This document shows positions 59,383 to 64,000 of a stretch of 64,000 nt of DNA, piece by piece; within the stretch, counting starts at the first letter, position 1, and each line of letters opens with the position of its first letter. A program made the position numbers and the translations under genes. Source of the DNA: Smithellaceae bacterium (GTDB lineage Bacteria; Desulfobacterota; Syntrophia; Syntrophales; Smithellaceae); the NCBI GenBank assembly GCA_963667845.2, contig CAXXVL010000002.1, positions 1,792,001 to 1,856,000 on the forward strand, written 5' to 3'. The notes under the pieces were generated by a model, which worked only from the letters and a program-made list of their open reading frames with translations, was not told the origin of the DNA and made no database searches.

Positions 59383-59600
59383 TATATCTACTTAGGACAC
59401 CCTAAGTACTTATTTTAAAAAAATCGCATATTATAATTTAATCAATCGGGGTTGGGGTGAAAACATCAGATTTGTTCATTGACGGCATATTCGCAATATT
59501 CTCCCGAAAGAGTTGTTTTTAGTTGAGATGACGATAGTTCTTTATTTCCATAGAAATCTAATATAATTGAAAACATACTTGACCAAGAGGAAATTCATAA

Positions 59601-60296
59601 ATGCAAAATAGCGGGTTTAAACAAATTGGGTATGGTGCCTACACCATTGCAGAAGCTGCAAGGCTAACTAAAGTTCCGTGCCAAAGAATAAGTAGATGGA
59701 CCAAAGGTTATAGTTTCAAATACAAGGGAGAAATCAGATTTACTCCCCCCATAATATCAATGGAATATTCCCGCGAGAAAGGGGCCCCCATTCTTAATTT
59801 TGCGGACCTCATAGAAATCATGTTTTTAAACGCTTTTAGAAATCAAGGGGTTGCTTGGAAAACAATCCACATTGCCTCCCGAAAAGCACAGGAGATTATT
59901 AAAAGAAGTAGGCCATTTTCAACGAGGCTATTTAAAACAGATGGAAGGACTATTCTCACCGAGATCAGCACTGACATCTATGATAAAGTATTATTGGATA
60001 TAATTAAAGATCAATATGTTTTTGAAAATATTATCGCTCCATATCTTCATGGACTTGAGTATAACAGGTTTGATGAACCAGAGAAGTGGTGGCCGTTAGG
60101 AAGGGAACGTTGTATTGTTATTGATCCTCAACGTTCTTTCGGAGCGCCGATAGTTGCCAAAGGTGGTATTCCGACAATGATTCTTTATAAATCGGTAAAA
60201 GCGAATCAGTCCATTGATCTTGTGACCGACTGGTATGAAATTGAAAAACAAGAAGTTATTGACGCGTGCGAATTTGAGGAAAAACTTGTGGCATGA
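59601..60296 (+). CDS. HTH plus DUF433 antitoxin (VapB45-like)
   Basis: YTIAEAARL, LNFADLIE, FKTDGR, IVIDPQRSFGAPIV..GIPT. Confidence 0.85.
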   Translation: MQNSGFKQIGYGAYTIAEAARLTKVPCQRISRWTKGYSFKYKGEIRFTPPIISMEYSREKGAPILNFADLIEIMFLNAFRNQGVAWKTIHIASRKAQEIIKRSRPFSTRLFKTDGRTILTEISTDIYDKVLLDIIKDQYVFENIIAPYLHGLEYNRFDEPEKWWPLGRERCIVIDPQRSFGAPIVAKGGIPTMILYKSVKANQSIDLVTDWYEIEKQEVIDACEFEEKLVA

Positions 60297-60688
60297 AATT
60301 CTTCTTGGATTGCTGTATTTCTAATAAATTGACAAAAGCCTTGCAGGTAATAGCAGAGTCAAACGGTTGTGAAATAAAGCATCTTACAGATAAGTTTCCA
60401 AGAGATGTAAAAGACGAATATTGGATAACTTGTTTGGCAAAAGAAGGTGATTGGATAATAGTTTCAGGAGATCCGCGCATTACAAGGGGACGGGCTGAGA
60501 AAAAAGCATGGGAAGAATCTGGATTAACGGCATTCTTTTTTGGTGGCGGTTTCGCGGATAAGAATATTTGGACACAAGCCAAAGAATTATTTTCATGGTG
60601 GCCAATTATTATGCAACAATGCAAAAATGATCAAAAAACGTGTGGGTATATCATGCCTTTTAAAGGAAACAGCTTAAGGAAGATATGA
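60293..60688 (+). CDS. PIN-like toxin (VapC45-like)
   Basis: MKFFLDCCIS, DVKDEYWI, WIIVSGDPRI; ATGA coupling to the antitoxin. Confidence 0.85.
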   Translation: MKFFLDCCISNKLTKALQVIAESNGCEIKHLTDKFPRDVKDEYWITCLAKEGDWIIVSGDPRITRGRAEKKAWEESGLTAFFFGGGFADKNIWTQAKELFSWWPIIMQQCKNDQKTCGYIMPFKGNSLRKI

Positions 60689-60901
60689 AGGATATAATAA
60701 TTCGTTTATACAAAACTCAGAAATTACTTTTCAAAAAAATTGTTAACAAATCTTTTTATAGATAAATAATCCACAAAATTGCTGTCGCAGACCATAGAAA
60801 TTATTTTTAAGAAAACGTCAATTATCTTCAAAATACCTTTTTTTTAAGAAAATATATGCCTATACAATTCTCCAATTATTTAATTTCACCGAGGCCTCTT
60901 C

Positions 60902-61471
60902 ATGAAAAGAAATGCTGTAATCTATTTCTCATTGCTGGTTTCATTGTTGGGGATACTCATAGCTGCACCTGATTCCCAAGCTGTCATTCGTACGGTCACA
61001 GGGACAGTCACCAAGGTATCAGACGGCGATTCAATTCATTTAACAACACCGGAACAAACCAAACTCAAAGTTAGGCTGCATGGGATTGACGCACCGGAAA
61101 CGCCCAAAATCAATCATCGCACGGGTCAAATTATTAAACCTGGGCAACCCTACGGTGGTGAATCTTGGAAAGCCCTTAAAAGTAAAATCATGGGCAAGCA
61201 AGTGAAGTTGGAAATTCTTGATATTGACAAATACAAACGTATGGTCGGGATGATCTGGCTCGATGATCGCAATATCAATATGGAGATGGTGAGGGAAGGA
61301 TACGCAGAAGCTTTTGTGGAATATTTAAAACCACCTTATCGAACAATGTTTCTGGAGGCTGAAGAGGAAGCGAAATCAGCTAGACGTGGGATATGGTCAT
61401 TGCCGAATTATGAAAGACCGAGAGACTTCCGTAAGAAGTTGAAGTATCGGGCGGAGAGTAAGCTGATATAG
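60902..61471 (+). CDS. Secreted thermonuclease (SNase family)
   Basis: VSDGDSI, VRLHGIDAPE, DKYKRMVG, AKSARRGIWS; signal peptide. Confidence 0.92.
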   Translation: MKRNAVIYFSLLVSLLGILIAAPDSQAVIRTVTGTVTKVSDGDSIHLTTPEQTKLKVRLHGIDAPETPKINHRTGQIIKPGQPYGGESWKALKSKIMGKQVKLEILDIDKYKRMVGMIWLDDRNINMEMVREGYAEAFVEYLKPPYRTMFLEAEEEAKSARRGIWSLPNYERPRDFRKKLKYRAESKLI

Positions 61472-61624
61472 ATGAATCTGTGAAGGCGCCTAAATGAAAT
61501 ATTTATTTGTGTTGACACTTATTGCTCTTTCCGTTGTCATAGGGCTTCTGATTACTGATATGGACAGCAAGGACAGTCGGAACAACATTAACGATTCTGA
61601 ACAGAAGAAAAGGAATAAGGACTA

Positions 61625-61801
61625 ATGGCAGAAAAACTTGACCAGAAACAGACCATCGATTTCAAGGAACTGCTCATGTCCGAAGTCATTCAATCTGAAG
61701 CGCTGATCAATATCTTGGACCGGAAAGGCATTATTAGTAAACAAGAATTGCTGGACGAAATGAAAATGGTTCAATCGAGGATGATCATATCCAAAGGATA
61801 A
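61625..61801 (+). CDS. Small hypothetical protein (58 aa)
   Basis: AAGGA RBS; MAEKLDQKQTIDFKELLMSEVIQSEALINILDRKGIISKQELLDEMK. Confidence 0.6.
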   Translation: MAEKLDQKQTIDFKELLMSEVIQSEALINILDRKGIISKQELLDEMKMVQSRMIISKG

Positions 61802-61849
61802 ATCAACAGCGTAGCGCGCGATGAAATAGGATAGAGCCATTATAATGTT

Positions 61850-62599
61850 ATGGATATCAACACTAATCATTACAAGAGACGTAAGCGCATTCTTCCTGTT
61901 GCGATCCTGCTAGTCATTTTGCTTATCACAGGTAGTTCCTGCTCAAAAGATTTGGTGATATCCGGAAAGACTACAGATGAATCATCGCAGCCGCTGAACC
62001 AGACCGAGGCTAAGACCAAGACTATTGGCAATCTCCATACGCACACCACCTGCTCCGATGGAAAGAACACTTATGAAGAAATGGTGCAATATGCCCTCGG
62101 CTTGAACTTCGGATTTATAGCCATCACAGATCATAAATTTGGCGGCTCCTCTTTATGCAATGATGTTATCTCCCAATGCCTGGCCGAGAAACGCTTGCTC
62201 TGCATACCGGGCCAGGAAGTTACGGGGAAAGTCCATCTCCTGGCCATCGGTATTCAGCATGAAATTGACAAACGTCTATCTGTGAAAAAGCAAGTCGAAG
62301 AAATCCATAAACAGGGAGGATTGGCTATTGCCGCCCATCCTTTCAGGAACGGCAATACTTACACCGATGAAGAACTGTTTGAAACAGGCCTTGATGCTGT
62401 GGAATGCAGGGGAATACCCAAAAAAAAGAAAAAAGATTTTTATGCAATGCTCAAAGAGCACAATATCCCCTGTGTATATAACACGGATGCCCATATCACC
62501 ATGCAATTGATACTGACTTGGAATAGCTGTGATGGTGAGATCAAGGGCTTTGATGATCTAAAAAAGGCGTTAAAGACAGGAAGGTGTAAAAGACGGTAA
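61850..62599 (+). CDS. PHP-domain phosphoesterase, probable lipoprotein
   Basis: NLHTHTTCSDG, ITDH, GQEV, AAHPF, TDAH. Confidence 0.85.
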   Translation: MDINTNHYKRRKRILPVAILLVILLITGSSCSKDLVISGKTTDESSQPLNQTEAKTKTIGNLHTHTTCSDGKNTYEEMVQYALGLNFGFIAITDHKFGGSSLCNDVISQCLAEKRLLCIPGQEVTGKVHLLAIGIQHEIDKRLSVKKQVEEIHKQGGLAIAAHPFRNGNTYTDEELFETGLDAVECRGIPKKKKKDFYAMLKEHNIPCVYNTDAHITMQLILTWNSCDGEIKGFDDLKKALKTGRCKRR

Positions 62600-62778
62600 A
62601 CAATAGGCGGAAAAGGCGTTGAGCGGTGATCATAAAATAAAAGCATGAATAACGGAATTTCATTATGTGCAATAAGTTAAAATTCTCTTGACATCAATTT
62701 ATGAAATACTTACTAACAACGATAAGCAAAAATACATAATATTGATGACGCCAAAAGCAGCATTTGGAGGGTTGAGTT

Positions 62779-63135
62779 ATGTGGATCTATCTTAACACTG
62801 GCTTCTATTCCGTAGTTTACAAACCACCGTGTCAAAAAGACGAGCTTCTGGTGAGGACACGGAGCAAAGTTGATATTGACAAACTGCAAAAGCAGCTCGA
62901 AGAAAAATTCAACTTCGATGGTGAAATCTTATCGACACCAAAAGCCGATTACGCATTTCGTATAGTTGTTCCAAGACACATGATCGCAACATTCTTGGTT
63001 AGTGCCGTCATGGAATTAGACTATTCGAATTTCAAAAATACGATTCAGGGCAAGGACTACCAAAGGCATGATGCTTATATGAAATGCTGGGAAGCTATGT
63101 ATGAATGGCAAAGGGATTTAAAAAAAGAGTGGTAA
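62779..63135 (+). CDS. Hypothetical protein
   Basis: GGAGG RBS; MWIYLNTGFYSVV..LLVRTR..ADYAFR..LDYSNFK. Confidence 0.7.
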   Translation: MWIYLNTGFYSVVYKPPCQKDELLVRTRSKVDIDKLQKQLEEKFNFDGEILSTPKADYAFRIVVPRHMIATFLVSAVMELDYSNFKNTIQGKDYQRHDAYMKCWEAMYEWQRDLKKEW

Positions 63136-63289
63136 ATTCCTTATACGTCTAAGTAGATGTCTCAAGCACCAGCCTTTTTTGAAAATTGATAAAATTACGT
63201 ACTTCCTGAATCTTTACTTGTTGTTTTTTTCAAAAAATGCAAGTCTTCACGACATAACAAATTCTTGCTCTGCCCATTCCGGTGATTAG

Positions 63290-64000
63290 ATGACGGCTAA
63301 GACCCTTCACATTCTTATTCTCGAAGACAATCCTTCCGATGCGGAGCTGGTTCAATTTGAAATGCAAGAGGCTGGCATCACCTTCACCTCAAAATTAGTG
63401 GCAACAGAAGAAGATTTTATTCGCGAGCTTCAGGAATTCAAACCTGACCTTATCCTTTCCGACTATGACCTTCCCATATACAACGGAGCCTCAGCGCTAG
63501 CCGAGGCGAAAAAAAGACGCCCCGATACCCCGTTTATTCTGGTGACCGGTGCTGTCAGTGAAGATCGGGCGATCGAAATCCTCACCCAGGGGGCCAAGGA
63601 CTATGTCTTGAAGGACCGCCTTGGACAACGGCTTGTGCCGGCAATCCGGAGAGCTCTTACGGAAGCGGAAGATCACCTGGCGCGAAGACAGGCAGAGGCC
63701 GAACTTCGCGAAGCATACAAGGTCATCGAGCGGAGGGTTAAAATTCGAACGGCGGAATTGGAAACGGAGACAGTCCTGCGGAAGGCATTGCAAATGGAGC
63801 TCCAAAATAGCGAGTCTCGGGAATCTTCGCATTTTGTAGAGTTACGGCAGCAGGCAATAGCGCGGATGATCAAGAAAAATGCTGGTTCGAGTCCGTCCGG
63901 CGACCAAGTTGATGCGCGAAAGCTTTTGCAGGAATTAGATATCTACAAAACGGAGCTTGAAATGATGAATGAAGAACTTCGGCAATCAAGAGACGAAACC
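63290..64000 (+). CDS. 3'-truncated signalling protein: N-terminal REC plus coiled coil (likely a PAS/kinase hybrid)
   Basis: ILILEDNPSDAEL, LILSDYDLP, GAKDYVLK, ELDIYKTELEMMNEELR; open to the window end. Confidence 0.85.
   Translation, partial: MTAKTLHILILEDNPSDAELVQFEMQEAGITFTSKLVATEEDFIRELQEFKPDLILSDYDLPIYNGASALAEAKKRRPDTPFILVTGAVSEDRAIEILTQGAKDYVLKDRLGQRLVPAIRRALTEAEDHLARRQAEAELREAYKVIERRVKIRTAELETETVLRKALQMELQNSESRESSHFVELRQQAIARMIKKNAGSSPSGDQVDARKLLQELDIYKTELEMMNEELRQSRDET

Larger units (their letters stand above)
17213..63135. mobile_element. Genomic island integrated at tRNA-Glu (right boundary not seen; end coordinate is a lower-confidence estimate)
   Basis: att fragment at the left end, AT-rich DNA, primase-helicase, recombination module, restriction-modification and toxin-antitoxin cargo. 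Confidence 0.7.

Noticed and set aside
63881..63906. GCTGGTTCGAGTCCGTCCGGCGACCA looks like a tRNA 3' end or second att site
   Set aside because: The T-stem does not pair, it does not match the tRNA-Glu fragment, and it lies in frame within the REC protein gene

Overview
Bacterial chromosome segment, most likely from an anaerobic Desulfobacterota/Syntrophales-type deltaproteobacterium (inferred from gene content). About 1-9.1 kb is GC-rich core-like DNA: 2-oxoacid:ferredoxin oxidoreductase subunits, a branched-chain amino acid ABC transporter with a fused LivM-LivG, and a cupin. About 9.3-17.1 kb is an older, AT-richer insert with IS200 debris and a three-gene signalling cluster (alpha-oxoamine synthase, multi-TM hybrid kinase, HD-GYP regulator), ending in an integrase remnant. 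At 17168-17212 the 3' half of a tRNA-Glu(TTC) marks an att site. It opens a large genomic island that runs to at least ~63 kb; I did not find its other end or its integrase in the window. The island carries, in order: a DUF3102-like plus DpdA/TGT-fold gene pair bracketed by CGCAG-N4-CTGCG palindromes; a primase-SF3 helicase with a putative origin; three exported caspase-family proteases and a CHAP protein; a solitary integron cassette; a 2.27-kb two-tyrosine-recombinase element with terminal inverted repeats and a 7-bp direct repeat; small host-like genes (tatA, csp, khpA, ihfB); an SSB/annealase/nuclease/UvrD/DUF932 module; an SNF2-GGCT-type III restriction-modification operon; a glycosylase-like orphan; and a DUF433/PIN toxin-antitoxin pair. 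All product calls come from reading motifs by eye; no database search was run.
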